Assembly (NCBI GenBank): GCA_965231155.1
Contig: OZ246418.1
Location: 368,751-432,750 of the forward strand
DNA length: 64,000 nt
From: an uncultured Candidatus Saccharibacteria bacterium
GTDB lineage: Bacteria > Patescibacteriota > Minisyncoccia > UBA6257 > 2-01-FULL-56-20
Direction: 5' to 3'
In this document: positions 38,540 through 47,694 of the stretch, in pieces
How the letters are laid out: each line of letters begins with the position of its first letter
Position numbering within the stretch: position 1 is the first letter of the stretch
Translations under genes and position numbers: made by a program
The notes under the pieces: model-generated
Databases searched by the model: none
What the model was told of the DNA's origin: nothing
The model's input: the letters and a program-made list of their open reading frames with translations, nothing else

Positions 38540-41500
38540 GTGAAGAAAATAACGTCGCTTTTTATACTTGCTGGAGGAGTTTTTTTGTTTTCCGTTTATG
38601 TTCTCTTCGGCGCTCCTGGCTTGCTGACGAGAGTTCTGGTTCAGGCCCAAGTGGCACATACCGATATCATTACAAGTATCGTTGGCGGAGGCAATGGTGA
38701 CGGTTGTCCAGTGAAAAGTGCTGCAGAGATTATGGCTCAGGGCATGACAATCGATCGCAGTGGGAATCTTATGATAAGAGAGGGCTCTCTAAACCCCCGC
38801 TTACGAATTGTCTCTCCGATTGTTGGCAATGCCTTGAGTCCTGAGTCTATAATTTCGACTCCCTCTGGTCAGGAAGAGATTTTCAGGAATCCTTTCTATA
38901 TAAGTAATGCAGGAGGTGTTGCTTTTGATGCTGAGGGGAGGTGGTATGTCAGTGATGGTTACGCCAGGATCTGGAGGAGGTCTCCTGCTGGTCAGTGGGA
39001 AGTTTTTGCTGGAATGACCAGTCCTGGATACAGCGGTGATGGAGGGATACCGACAAATGCCGAGCTTTCTTCTCCTGCCAGTCTTACTTTTGATACTTCG
39101 GGTACTTTGTATATTGTGGAGGTAGGAAGTAATCGAATTCGAAGGATAAAGAATGGGATTATTGATACACTTCTCCAGTTCGATGTTGCCGATGCACGTC
39201 GTTTGGCGATGGACTCGGATGGTAATTTATTGGTAGTCAATCAGATTGCTCATGCTATCAGAAAGATTGATGTGCAAACTGGAGAAGTAACTCTCGTTGC
39301 AGGTACTGGTGTACAGGGATTTTCTGGTGATGGTGGTCCAGCAACAGCGGCACAGCTTTATTTGCCATCTGATTTAGCAGTTTCTTCGAATGGTGATATC
39401 TATATTGCTGATGCCGTGAATCATCGCGTGAGAAAGATTGCAAAGACTACCGGAATTATTACCACGGTAGTTGGCACAGGAGATTCTCGTGGAGCAGTGC
39501 GTGAAAACATTCCTGCCACCACTGCCTCTCTCGATAGTCCAATTTCTCTAGCAATCGATTCTCGTGACAGACTTTATATTGGTGAGGGTGGGGGAACTCA
39601 TAAGGGGATTAGAGTTGTGGAGAATGGGATTATTTCTTCTTTTTCTGGTTTGACGAATGGAGAAGGGTGTTTCGCTCAGAACGCTTTTCTTCGACCCTAC
39701 TCGATGCTTGTGGATGAGAGCAATAATTTAACCTTCATCGATTTTGATACTGCGAAAGTAATGAGGGTTCCTGCTCGTAATGGCGTGCAAGACGGGACTG
39801 GTGTGATGACGAGAATTACCGATTTTGATAGCTTGCAGGGCTCGACGACTTTTGCTTTAGCCAAAGATTCTGCGGGTATTCTATATGCTATTAATGGAAA
39901 TAGGATTTTGAAATTGCTCAGTCCTAATAATTGGGTTGTAGTTGCTGGAACAGGGGTGGCTGGATTTTCTGGTGATGGTGGTCCGGCAACAGCGGCAACG
40001 CTGAGAGATCCATATGACCTTCTGGTGGCTTCTGATGGTACAATTTTTTTCTCTGATCAAAATAATAATCGAATCAGAACAGTCTCTCCCACTGGGACGA
40101 TTGACACATACGTAAGTTTTCCGGTGCAACCTCGCGGAATCGATCAGGATCGGTTTGGTAATCTTTTCGTAGCAATCAGATACGGAAGTGTTTATAAAAT
40201 AGCCGCGGGAACCAGGGAAATTTCTGTTGTGGCAGGTGGCGGTTTGTCGAGAGGCTATCCAGATAGCGGAGAGGTTTCTGCGACCAGCACCTTTATTAAT
40301 TCAAATGACGTGGTCGTTGCTTCTGACGGAACTCTTTATATATCATCAGATCCTCAAACCCATCGAGTATTTCGCGTAACGCCTCAGGGCATGATGAGAA
40401 CTTTAGTCGGCTCTAATCTCTTTTATTCCACGCCGACAGGTGACGGTGGGCCGGCTGTCGGAGCATCACTTTCTGAACCACATCGTTTAGCTCTCGATCG
40501 ACAGGGAAATCTTTTTATTGCTGATTACGCCCATCGTCGGATCCGTAAGATTACGATGAGCGCAACTACCCCTCAGCCGAATCCTGTGCCAGTTCTCTCC
40601 GGACTCAGTCATTCTCAGTTCAATGTTGGTCAGTCAAGTTACTACTTTTATGCTAATGGGAGTGGTTTTGTACCGGATTCTGTCATTCGTTGGAATGGTC
40701 AGGATAGGCCTACGGTATACGTTTCTTCTCAGCAGATACGTATCGTGACTCAGGCTTCTGATATGGCGAATCCTGGAACGGTGGCGATTACGGTGTATAC
40801 GCCACCACCTGGAGGAGGGGTGTCTGGTAGTCAGACGCTTACAATTATAGATCCCAATGCTCCAAGCTCTAGTCAGCCGAGTATTACTAGCATTTCGCCA
40901 AACACAAAGGTAGCAGGTGGCGCTGGTTTTAATATGATTCTTACTGGTTCAAACTTTTCGAATAATTCTGTGGTGAAATGGAACAATCAAGTTCGGGTTA
41001 CTATCTTTGATTCGATCGCTCGTCAACTGACTGCCCAGATTCTTGACGGTGATATACGAGCCACGGGAACTTTCCCAGTAACCGTCGAGAACCCATCGCC
41101 TAGTGGAGGAGTGTCGGCTCCACTTATGTTTACAGTAACTGATCCTGCCTCACCACCTAACGAGACAACCTCTTGGCTTTCGAGTGGCGACCAACTTTAC
41201 ACAGCTTCTCAAGTGAGAAAGGTGGGCATTGGAACTACTGCTCCAGATTTTCCATTAACACTGCAGGCATTCGTAGGCGCCGACCCATTATTTTCTCGGG
41301 TGTTTTCTTTCCAGGATCAAAACGGTGTACGCAAGTGGCATCTTAATTTTCTGAATGGGGGATTGAACTTTGTGCAGTCTGGAGTGGCTGACTACAGACT
41401 GTTCTTAGCACAAAATGGAAATGTGGGAGTTGGTCTTGCAACTCCACAAGCAAAGCTGGATGTAAATGGCACAGTTAAGGTTGGTTCTCTTACTGCTGAT

Positions 41501-41605
41501 CCAACTGGAGAGAATGGAATGATTTATTACAATACCACTATGAACAAGTTCCGTTGTTACAAATCTAGTCAGTGGAGAAATTGTATTGCCGTGGTCATGC
41601 CTTAA
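38540..41605 (+). CDS. Secreted NHL-repeat (teneurin-like) protein with two IPT/TIG domains and C-terminal fibre-like module
   Basis: Signal peptide, repeated AGTG..GFSGDGGPA..A.L..P and YIAD..NHRVRKI, two IPT-like domains (PVPVLSGLS.., PSITSISP..), VGIGTTAP/GNVGVG..LDVNG module. Confidence 0.85.
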   Translation: MKKITSLFILAGGVFLFSVYVLFGAPGLLTRVLVQAQVAHTDIITSIVGGGNGDGCPVKSAAEIMAQGMTIDRSGNLMIREGSLNPRLRIVSPIVGNALSPESIISTPSGQEEIFRNPFYISNAGGVAFDAEGRWYVSDGYARIWRRSPAGQWEVFAGMTSPGYSGDGGIPTNAELSSPASLTFDTSGTLYIVEVGSNRIRRIKNGIIDTLLQFDVADARRLAMDSDGNLLVVNQIAHAIRKIDVQTGEVTLVAGTGVQGFSGDGGPATAAQLYLPSDLAVSSNGDIYIADAVNHRVRKIAKTTGIITTVVGTGDSRGAVRENIPATTASLDSPISLAIDSRDRLYIGEGGGTHKGIRVVENGIISSFSGLTNGEGCFAQNAFLRPYSMLVDESNNLTFIDFDTAKVMRVPARNGVQDGTGVMTRITDFDSLQGSTTFALAKDSAGILYAINGNRILKLLSPNNWVVVAGTGVAGFSGDGGPATAATLRDPYDLLVASDGTIFFSDQNNNRIRTVSPTGTIDTYVSFPVQPRGIDQDRFGNLFVAIRYGSVYKIAAGTREISVVAGGGLSRGYPDSGEVSATSTFINSNDVVVASDGTLYISSDPQTHRVFRVTPQGMMRTLVGSNLFYSTPTGDGGPAVGASLSEPHRLALDRQGNLFIADYAHRRIRKITMSATTPQPNPVPVLSGLSHSQFNVGQSSYYFYANGSGFVPDSVIRWNGQDRPTVYVSSQQIRIVTQASDMANPGTVAITVYTPPPGGGVSGSQTLTIIDPNAPSSSQPSITSISPNTKVAGGAGFNMILTGSNFSNNSVVKWNNQVRVTIFDSIARQLTAQILDGDIRATGTFPVTVENPSPSGGVSAPLMFTVTDPASPPNETTSWLSSGDQLYTASQVRKVGIGTTAPDFPLTLQAFVGADPLFSRVFSFQDQNGVRKWHLNFLNGGLNFVQSGVADYRLFLAQNGNVGVGLATPQAKLDVNGTVKVGSLTADPTGENGMIYYNTTMNKFRCYKSSQWRNCIAVVMP
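41163..41534 (+). repeat. 372-bp direct repeat, copy 1
   Basis: Identical by eye to 41730-42101 (offset 567). Confidence 0.93.
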
Positions 41606-41641
41606 TTTGTGTATATGATAGAATACAGATAACTACGTTCC

Positions 41642-42157
41642 ATGGATATCCATAAAAAAATAGTACATTCATCGTTTCTGATTAGTGCTGTTATTCTAAG
41701 CCTCTTTTCTTTTACGATGGTTTTGGCTCAGACAACCTCTTGGCTTTCGAGTGGCGACCAACTTTACACAGCTTCTCAAGTGAGAAAGGTGGGCATTGGA
41801 ACTACTGCTCCAGATTTTCCATTAACACTGCAGGCATTCGTAGGCGCCGACCCATTATTTTCTCGGGTGTTTTCTTTCCAGGATCAAAACGGTGTACGCA
41901 AGTGGCATCTTAATTTTCTGAATGGGGGATTGAACTTTGTGCAGTCTGGAGTGGCTGACTACAGACTGTTCTTAGCACAAAATGGAAATGTGGGAGTTGG
42001 TCTTGCAACTCCACAAGCAAAGCTGGATGTAAATGGCACAGTTAAGGTTGGTTCTCTTACTGCTGATCCAACTGGAGAGAATGGAATGATTTATTACAAT
42101 AATTCCTTGCAAACTTTTCGTTGTTATGAGGCTGGAATGTGGAAGGATTGTTTTTAA
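41642..42157 (+). CDS. Secreted protein consisting only of signal peptide plus fibre-like module
   Basis: Signal peptide ending VLA-Q followed directly by the duplicated module. Confidence 0.85.
   Translation: MDIHKKIVHSSFLISAVILSLFSFTMVLAQTTSWLSSGDQLYTASQVRKVGIGTTAPDFPLTLQAFVGADPLFSRVFSFQDQNGVRKWHLNFLNGGLNFVQSGVADYRLFLAQNGNVGVGLATPQAKLDVNGTVKVGSLTADPTGENGMIYYNNSLQTFRCYEAGMWKDCF
41730..42101 (+). repeat. 372-bp direct repeat, copy 2
   Basis: Identical by eye to 41163-41534. Confidence 0.93.
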
Positions 42158-42248
42158 TATTATTGCTAGGTGTGGATATCTAGACATATTATATTAAAAA
42201 AGGTGTTATAATTTTATCAATAAGTCGGGTGTGAAAATTTAAATAATA

Positions 42249-43583
42249 ATGAAAAAGACATCGTCGATTATTTGGTTCGCTGCGTTTTCTGTAGTGACCA
42301 TTCTCCTATCTCAACTTCCTGCAGTTGATGCTCAAACAGGAGACACATGGGCAGTTGATGCTAATAACAATGTTGTTACCGCGGTTGGTACTGAAAATGT
42401 TGGTATTCGAACAACTAATCCCGACCTTCCCCTAACAGTTCAGGCTAAGGCTGGAAGCACGGCCTGGCTTCGTTTTCGTGATAGCAGTGCAATTAACAAG
42501 TTTCATATCAGTGGTCTAAATGGTGGATTTAATATTGCAGAGTCTGGTGTGATAGATGGTCGTTTGTATCTTAAGCCTGGAGGAGCGGCTGGTATCAATA
42601 CAACCAGTCCGTTCGGTGGAACATTTTCTGGAAACGGCTTAGATATTAATGGCATCTTGAAAGTAGGGGGTCAGGGATTCAACGAGGCTACGACAGGCGC
42701 TGGTGGTATGATGTACTACAATGGAACAAAGTTTCGTTGTAACGAAGGAGGAAGTTGGAAGGACTGTGTGGTAGGTGGGGGTAGTGGAGGAGGTATCGGT
42801 AATGATGCGCCAAGTCCAAATGCGCTGCCAAGGTGGACGAGCACTGGTAATGCTTTTTTGACCAATAGTAATATTTCCGATAATGGCACTCAGGTCACTA
42901 TTAGCAAGCCCACTTCTATTACTGGTAGCCTTTCCGCGAGCTCTATCACGGTGACTGGTGGATCTCCAACAGTTTGTCAGGCTGGCCAAGTTCTGGCTGG
43001 AGCGACTGTTCGAGGAGGATTAGTGACGGGTGGTACTTGTTCCTCGTTCATTTCGAGCACTCCTGGATTTTCTTTGTGGGAGCAGATTCCTGGTACGGCA
43101 AAACTGAAGACTTCAGCAACGATTGATGCTATTGGTGTGGGAACAAGTGACGTCGATCTTCCTCTTACTATTAAAGGCGGTGGTCAGTCTGGATCAGCCT
43201 GGATTCGTTTGAAGGATAGTACTGGAGCTAACAAATGGCATTTCACTGGTTTTGGTGGTGGATTTAGTTTCGTGGAGACCGGTGTTGCTGGTGGTGATGG
43301 GAGGTTCTTCATTAAAGCGGGTAGTGGCAATGTCGGTATGGGAACAATTACTCCAGGGGCAAAATTAGAAATTTCAACTCCAACAAGCAATGCGCTACGT
43401 TTGCGTCGTGGAACTCCGGGTAGTGTTGATGTATTTTCTGCAGTAGGCAGTGGAACTGGAAATTCTTTGTGTGGTGTTCCAACGGCAGGTGCATGTCTTG
43501 CTGCTTTTGATAGTAGCCGTTCTTCCATTAGTTGTTCTGAGGGAGGAGCGATCCGTGCTCTTTGTGCCGCGGTAGGGGATTAA
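42249..43583 (+). CDS. Secreted Gly/Ser/Thr-rich protein with two diverged fibre-like modules
   Basis: Signal peptide ending VDA-Q; VGIRTTNPDLPLT and IGVGTSDVDLPLT modules; MYYNGTKFRCNEGGSWKDC. Confidence 0.82.
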   Translation: MKKTSSIIWFAAFSVVTILLSQLPAVDAQTGDTWAVDANNNVVTAVGTENVGIRTTNPDLPLTVQAKAGSTAWLRFRDSSAINKFHISGLNGGFNIAESGVIDGRLYLKPGGAAGINTTSPFGGTFSGNGLDINGILKVGGQGFNEATTGAGGMMYYNGTKFRCNEGGSWKDCVVGGGSGGGIGNDAPSPNALPRWTSTGNAFLTNSNISDNGTQVTISKPTSITGSLSASSITVTGGSPTVCQAGQVLAGATVRGGLVTGGTCSSFISSTPGFSLWEQIPGTAKLKTSATIDAIGVGTSDVDLPLTIKGGGQSGSAWIRLKDSTGANKWHFTGFGGGFSFVETGVAGGDGRFFIKAGSGNVGMGTITPGAKLEISTPTSNALRLRRGTPGSVDVFSAVGSGTGNSLCGVPTAGACLAAFDSSRSSISCSEGGAIRALCAAVGD

Positions 43584-43603
43584 AGGTTTTTTCAGCTTTC
43601 AAC

Positions 43604-43641
43604 TCATAAAACCCGTCCAAGAATTCTGACGGGTTTTATGA
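43604..43641. terminator. Terminator-like hairpin
   Basis: tcataaaacccgtc/gacgggttttatga. Confidence 0.75.
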
Positions 43642-43653
43642 TAGTCTAGTACT

Positions 43654-44409
43654 ATGATTCTTTCGTTGAACCTTGTCCGAGAGATTGTTTTGTCCGACTA
43701 CAAGTTGAGATATCAGGGCTCTATTCTTGGTTTTTTCTGGTCATTTTTGAAGCCTCTTCTTATGTTTGGAGTGCTTTTGGTGGTGTTTTCAGAGTTTATG
43801 CGTTTTGATATTCCTCACTATCCCTTCTATTTGCTGCTAGGAATTATTATCTGGAATTTTTTTGCTGAGGCAACAACTTCTTCAAGCGCTAGTCTCTTAG
43901 CAAAAGGGGGGTTAATCAAGAAGATCTATTTTCCAAAAAGCACCATTGTTGTTTCTGCAGTTTTGACTGCCGCCTTAAACTTTTTCTTCAACTTTTTTGT
44001 TTTTTTCATAATTCTTCTTTTCAGGACGCAAGTTTTTTTGGGGGGACTATTGTTGTTTTGCGTTCTTTTTCTTGAACTGTTTTTCTTGTCCCTTGGCATT
44101 TCTTTTCTTGTTTCTTCTTTGAACGCTCGTTTAAAGGATATCGCTCATATTTGGGAGTTACTTCTTCAGGCTGGATTTTGGCTTACTCCAGTTGTCTATG
44201 CCAAGGAGATGATTCCGCCGAGTTATCAGTGGCTTATTAATCTGAATCCTCTGGCACAGATTATCGAGTATGCCCGGGGGGTACTCCTTTTCCAGACCAT
44301 ACCGTCATTTTTTAGCGTCGTGTCTCTCACGGTATTCGTCGGCGTTGTTTTTGCTATAGGATATTCTGTATTCCGCAGTCGAGAGAATTTTTTTGCTGAG
44401 GAACTATAG
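43654..44409 (+). CDS. wzm: Polysaccharide ABC exporter permease
   Basis: DYKLRYQGSILGFFWSFLKPL, LIKKIYFP, TPVVY, NPLAQII. Confidence 0.92.
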   Translation: MILSLNLVREIVLSDYKLRYQGSILGFFWSFLKPLLMFGVLLVVFSEFMRFDIPHYPFYLLLGIIIWNFFAEATTSSSASLLAKGGLIKKIYFPKSTIVVSAVLTAALNFFFNFFVFFIILLFRTQVFLGGLLLFCVLFLELFFLSLGISFLVSSLNARLKDIAHIWELLLQAGFWLTPVVYAKEMIPPSYQWLINLNPLAQIIEYARGVLLFQTIPSFFSVVSLTVFVGVVFAIGYSVFRSRENFFAEEL

Positions 44410-44410
44410 C

Positions 44411-45592
44411 ATGCACTTACCGGTAATAGAACTGAAAAAGGTCTCCAAGAGTTTCCTCATTCCTCATGAAAAGATGAGCACTTTGCGCGAGCGCTTTATT
44501 CATCTTTTTCGGCCAAGAACATACGAGTCGTTCAGAGCATTGTCCGACATATCCCTGGCCGTTCAGCCCGGTGAATTCCTTGGAGTTATCGGTGACAACG
44601 GGAGTGGTAAATCCACTTTCTTGAAAGTTCTATCGGGTGTACTGAGGCCTGATTCTGGTAAGGTCAAAGTGCGTGGCGTGATCTCTCCTTTCCTTGAGTT
44701 AGGGTTGGGCTTTCAGCCAGATTTGTCTGGTCGGGAGAATATGTTTCTTTATGGCGCTCTCCTTGGTCTTTCTAGGAAAGATATTCATAAGAAGTACCAA
44801 GAGATCGTGGCCTTTGCTGAGCTTGAGAGATTTATTGATCAGAAGATAAAAAATTACTCTTCAGGTATGCAGGTTCGTTTGGCTTTTGCGATTACCATCC
44901 AAGCTCAAGCTGATATTTTCTTAGTAGACGAAGTATTGGCTGTTGGTGATTATAAGTTTCAAGAAAAATGTTTTGAGGTATTTCGTCGGTTTAAGCAGGA
45001 AAAGAAGACGGTGATTTTTGTGAGTCATGATTTGGAAAAAGTTGAACAGTTTTGCGAACGTTCGATTTTGATCAAGGACGGTCAGTTAGTGAAGTCTGGC
45101 AGAACGGACGAGGTCGTTACTTACTACAAAGCCCAAAGAAGGGGTGGCGCTCCTTTCACTGAGAAGAGAGAGGGGGTGCTTGTCTCGGATGTGACCCTTC
45201 TCGATGGGAGTGGAAAGGTCTGTGCTGTGTTTCATCCCAATGAGCCAATGACGGCAACTTTTCGATACCATTCTTCTCAGGACTTCGATCAAGTCATTTT
45301 TCAGATTCAGATGTATACGGAGGGCGGTTGGCTTTGCGCTGGAGACAATACCGATCGGCATGGCTTGGTCAAAGAAGGGACGAGTGGAAGAGGAGTTGGT
45401 CGTATCCAGTACGATGCTATTAATCTTTTGAGCGGTCGTTATACTGTTTTCATAAAAATTTGGCCATCCGGTTTCTCTGGGCCGTGTTTTGAGTCTCAAC
45501 CCGTTTATTTTTCCGTAGAGAGTCGTCCGGAAGAGGGAGGGGCGATTTGTTATATGCCGGCTCGGTGGGAGATTGAGTCAAAGAACGAGTAA
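44411..45592 (+). CDS. wzt: Polysaccharide ABC exporter ATPase with C-terminal carbohydrate-binding domain
   Basis: GDNGSGKST, YSSGMQVRLAF, DEVLAVGD, VSHD, plus Wzt_C-like extension. Confidence 0.92.
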   Translation: MHLPVIELKKVSKSFLIPHEKMSTLRERFIHLFRPRTYESFRALSDISLAVQPGEFLGVIGDNGSGKSTFLKVLSGVLRPDSGKVKVRGVISPFLELGLGFQPDLSGRENMFLYGALLGLSRKDIHKKYQEIVAFAELERFIDQKIKNYSSGMQVRLAFAITIQAQADIFLVDEVLAVGDYKFQEKCFEVFRRFKQEKKTVIFVSHDLEKVEQFCERSILIKDGQLVKSGRTDEVVTYYKAQRRGGAPFTEKREGVLVSDVTLLDGSGKVCAVFHPNEPMTATFRYHSSQDFDQVIFQIQMYTEGGWLCAGDNTDRHGLVKEGTSGRGVGRIQYDAINLLSGRYTVFIKIWPSGFSGPCFESQPVYFSVESRPEEGGAICYMPARWEIESKNE

Positions 45593-46641
45593 TGAAATAC
45601 GGTGCTTTAACATATACCGATATCGCTCCTTTTTCTTCGGGGAATATTGGTGATTACATTCAGAGCCTGGCAGCTATTCAGTTCTTGCCTCGTATCGATA
45701 TTTTTTTAGAAAGGGAAAATCTTAAAACTACTCCAGAAGGAGAGGAGATTTTTGTCATCATGAATGGATGGTTTATGCATCGTCCAGAAAATTTTCCGCC
45801 ACCGAAGAATATTCGTCCATTTTATATTTCATTTTGCGTGGCTGACGAGAAGATGCTTTCTCCAGATGCTGTCGAACATTTAAAGAAACATGGGCCAATT
45901 GGTTGTCGCGATTATGATACGGTTGAGCTTCTTCGAGCCAAAGGAGTACCGGCTTATTTTTCGGGTTGTCTGACTCTGACTTTTGAAAATTTTTACAAGA
46001 AAAGAAACGGCGGTGTTTATCTTGTTGATGTGAAGGAAGGTTTTTTAGATTCTGTTCCTGCTGGCATAAGAGAGAGAGCTGTGGGACTTTCTCACGAGGC
46101 TATTCTTCCGCAAAGTTCGTTGGAGCTATTGAGGATGGGTAGGGTCAAGTATTTTGCTCACACAAAAAGAGCTAAAATACTAGATCTTTTTGTTCTTTTT
46201 CGCCGAATTTTTTCTTGGCGGTTTAGAAAGCTGTTGCCAAAAAATGATTATCGATTTAGCACTTTTAGTACATTTTTGAATCTAGTTCGCGCACAAAGTT
46301 TTCTGGATTTTTATGCCCAGGCAGATTTGGTCATTACGAGTCGTCTCCACGTTGCCCTTCCTTGTCTCGCTTTTAGTACGCCAGTTATTTTGTTCAAGCC
46401 TCACTACGAGGAGAATCATGATAGGTTCACGGCAGTCAAGGAATATCTCCAGTCTTTTTCCGAGAATGAGCTAGGTGCTATCAACTGGTATCCTCAGCCT
46501 CCCCAGGTAGAAGCTCACCAGAAATTCCTTCGTCTTATTGTGAGAGAGGCTGTCTTGATTGGTGATAATCCCTTGAAGAATCGAGATCTAGAGTACTTCT
46601 ACAAGGAGAGCGGTTGGTATCCTTCTTCTGGTGTTTTATGA
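45592..46641 (+). CDS. Polysaccharide pyruvyl transferase family protein
   Basis: NIGDYIQSLA, IGCRD, SGCLTLT, VITSRLHVALPCLA. Confidence 0.8.
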   Translation: MKYGALTYTDIAPFSSGNIGDYIQSLAAIQFLPRIDIFLERENLKTTPEGEEIFVIMNGWFMHRPENFPPPKNIRPFYISFCVADEKMLSPDAVEHLKKHGPIGCRDYDTVELLRAKGVPAYFSGCLTLTFENFYKKRNGGVYLVDVKEGFLDSVPAGIRERAVGLSHEAILPQSSLELLRMGRVKYFAHTKRAKILDLFVLFRRIFSWRFRKLLPKNDYRFSTFSTFLNLVRAQSFLDFYAQADLVITSRLHVALPCLAFSTPVILFKPHYEENHDRFTAVKEYLQSFSENELGAINWYPQPPQVEAHQKFLRLIVREAVLIGDNPLKNRDLEYFYKESGWYPSSGVL

Positions 46642-46673
46642 TAGGGCATAGGTAGATTCATAAGAAACTCATT

Positions 46674-47675
46674 ATGGATAAAAAGGAAACTATTCAAACC
46701 AGCTTCATCATCCCTTGTTTTAACTATGGGCAGTATTTACCCGAGGCAATTCAGAGTGTCCTAGATCAAACCTATCAAGATTTCGAAATTATTGTGGTCG
46801 ATGATGGGTCGACCGACGAGCTCACGAAAAAAGTTCTTGCTGAAATTAATTATCCGAAGGTGAGGGTTATTCATCAAGAAAATAAGGGTTTACCAGTAGC
46901 CAGAAATGTCGGTATTCGAGAAGCGAAAGGGGAGTTCATAGTGCCCCTTGATGCCGATGACAAATTGGATCCTACTTATCTTGAGAAGTGCTTGTGGATG
47001 TTTGAGCATAATCCAGGGATAGGGTTCGTATATACGGTCACCCAAACATTTGGTGATTATGAATATTTCTTTGGTTTTAAAGAATATAATTTTCGAGAGC
47101 TTCTTTCTGAGAATTTTATTCCTGCCACGGCATGTTTTCGGAAATCTGATTGGAGCCGTATAGGAGGATACGAAGAACGTTTATCTTCTTATGAGGATTG
47201 GGAGTTCTGGATTCATCTAGGTAAGGAGGGGATTTTTGGAGTTCTTTTGCCAGAACCACTTTTTTTCTACAGAAAACATGGAGATTCTATGCTTGAGACA
47301 AAAGGTAAGCCAAACCATGCAATGATTTATAGTCAGATAAAAGGACTGCATCCAGAACTTTTTCCTTCGGGGGAGATTGATGGAGATTATGAACATTTGG
47401 GAAGAGTCTCTTCCCAAATCATTTATCCGTCCCATGCACTTGATACTATCGCCAGTATCTTTAGAAAATTCCAAGATCGTCACATAGAAGATAGAGAAAC
47501 GGTCAAGAAGACATATCAAAAACTTCTCTTGCTGGAAGGAGGGTTGCGTGAAGAACGTGGTCACAGGATGGAGTTGCAGGGTGCTTTTGATAAAATTTTG
47601 CATTCTCGGGGTTGGCGAATAATTAGCTTTCTTCATAATGTAAGAATGAGAATTCCTTTACTTAGAGATCTCTGA
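46674..47675 (+). CDS. Glycosyltransferase family 2
   Basis: IIPCFNYG, VVDDGSTD, ARNVGI, LDADD, YEDWEFW. Confidence 0.92.
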   Translation: MDKKETIQTSFIIPCFNYGQYLPEAIQSVLDQTYQDFEIIVVDDGSTDELTKKVLAEINYPKVRVIHQENKGLPVARNVGIREAKGEFIVPLDADDKLDPTYLEKCLWMFEHNPGIGFVYTVTQTFGDYEYFFGFKEYNFRELLSENFIPATACFRKSDWSRIGGYEERLSSYEDWEFWIHLGKEGIFGVLLPEPLFFYRKHGDSMLETKGKPNHAMIYSQIKGLHPELFPSGEIDGDYEHLGRVSSQIIYPSHALDTIASIFRKFQDRHIEDRETVKKTYQKLLLLEGGLREERGHRMELQGAFDKILHSRGWRIISFLHNVRMRIPLLRDL

Positions 47676-47694
47676 GAGGCTATGATCCATTAAT

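Noticed and set aside
41163-42101. Diversity-generating retroelement TR/VR pair
   Set aside because: Copies are identical rather than differing at adenines, both are coding, and no reverse transcriptase is in the window
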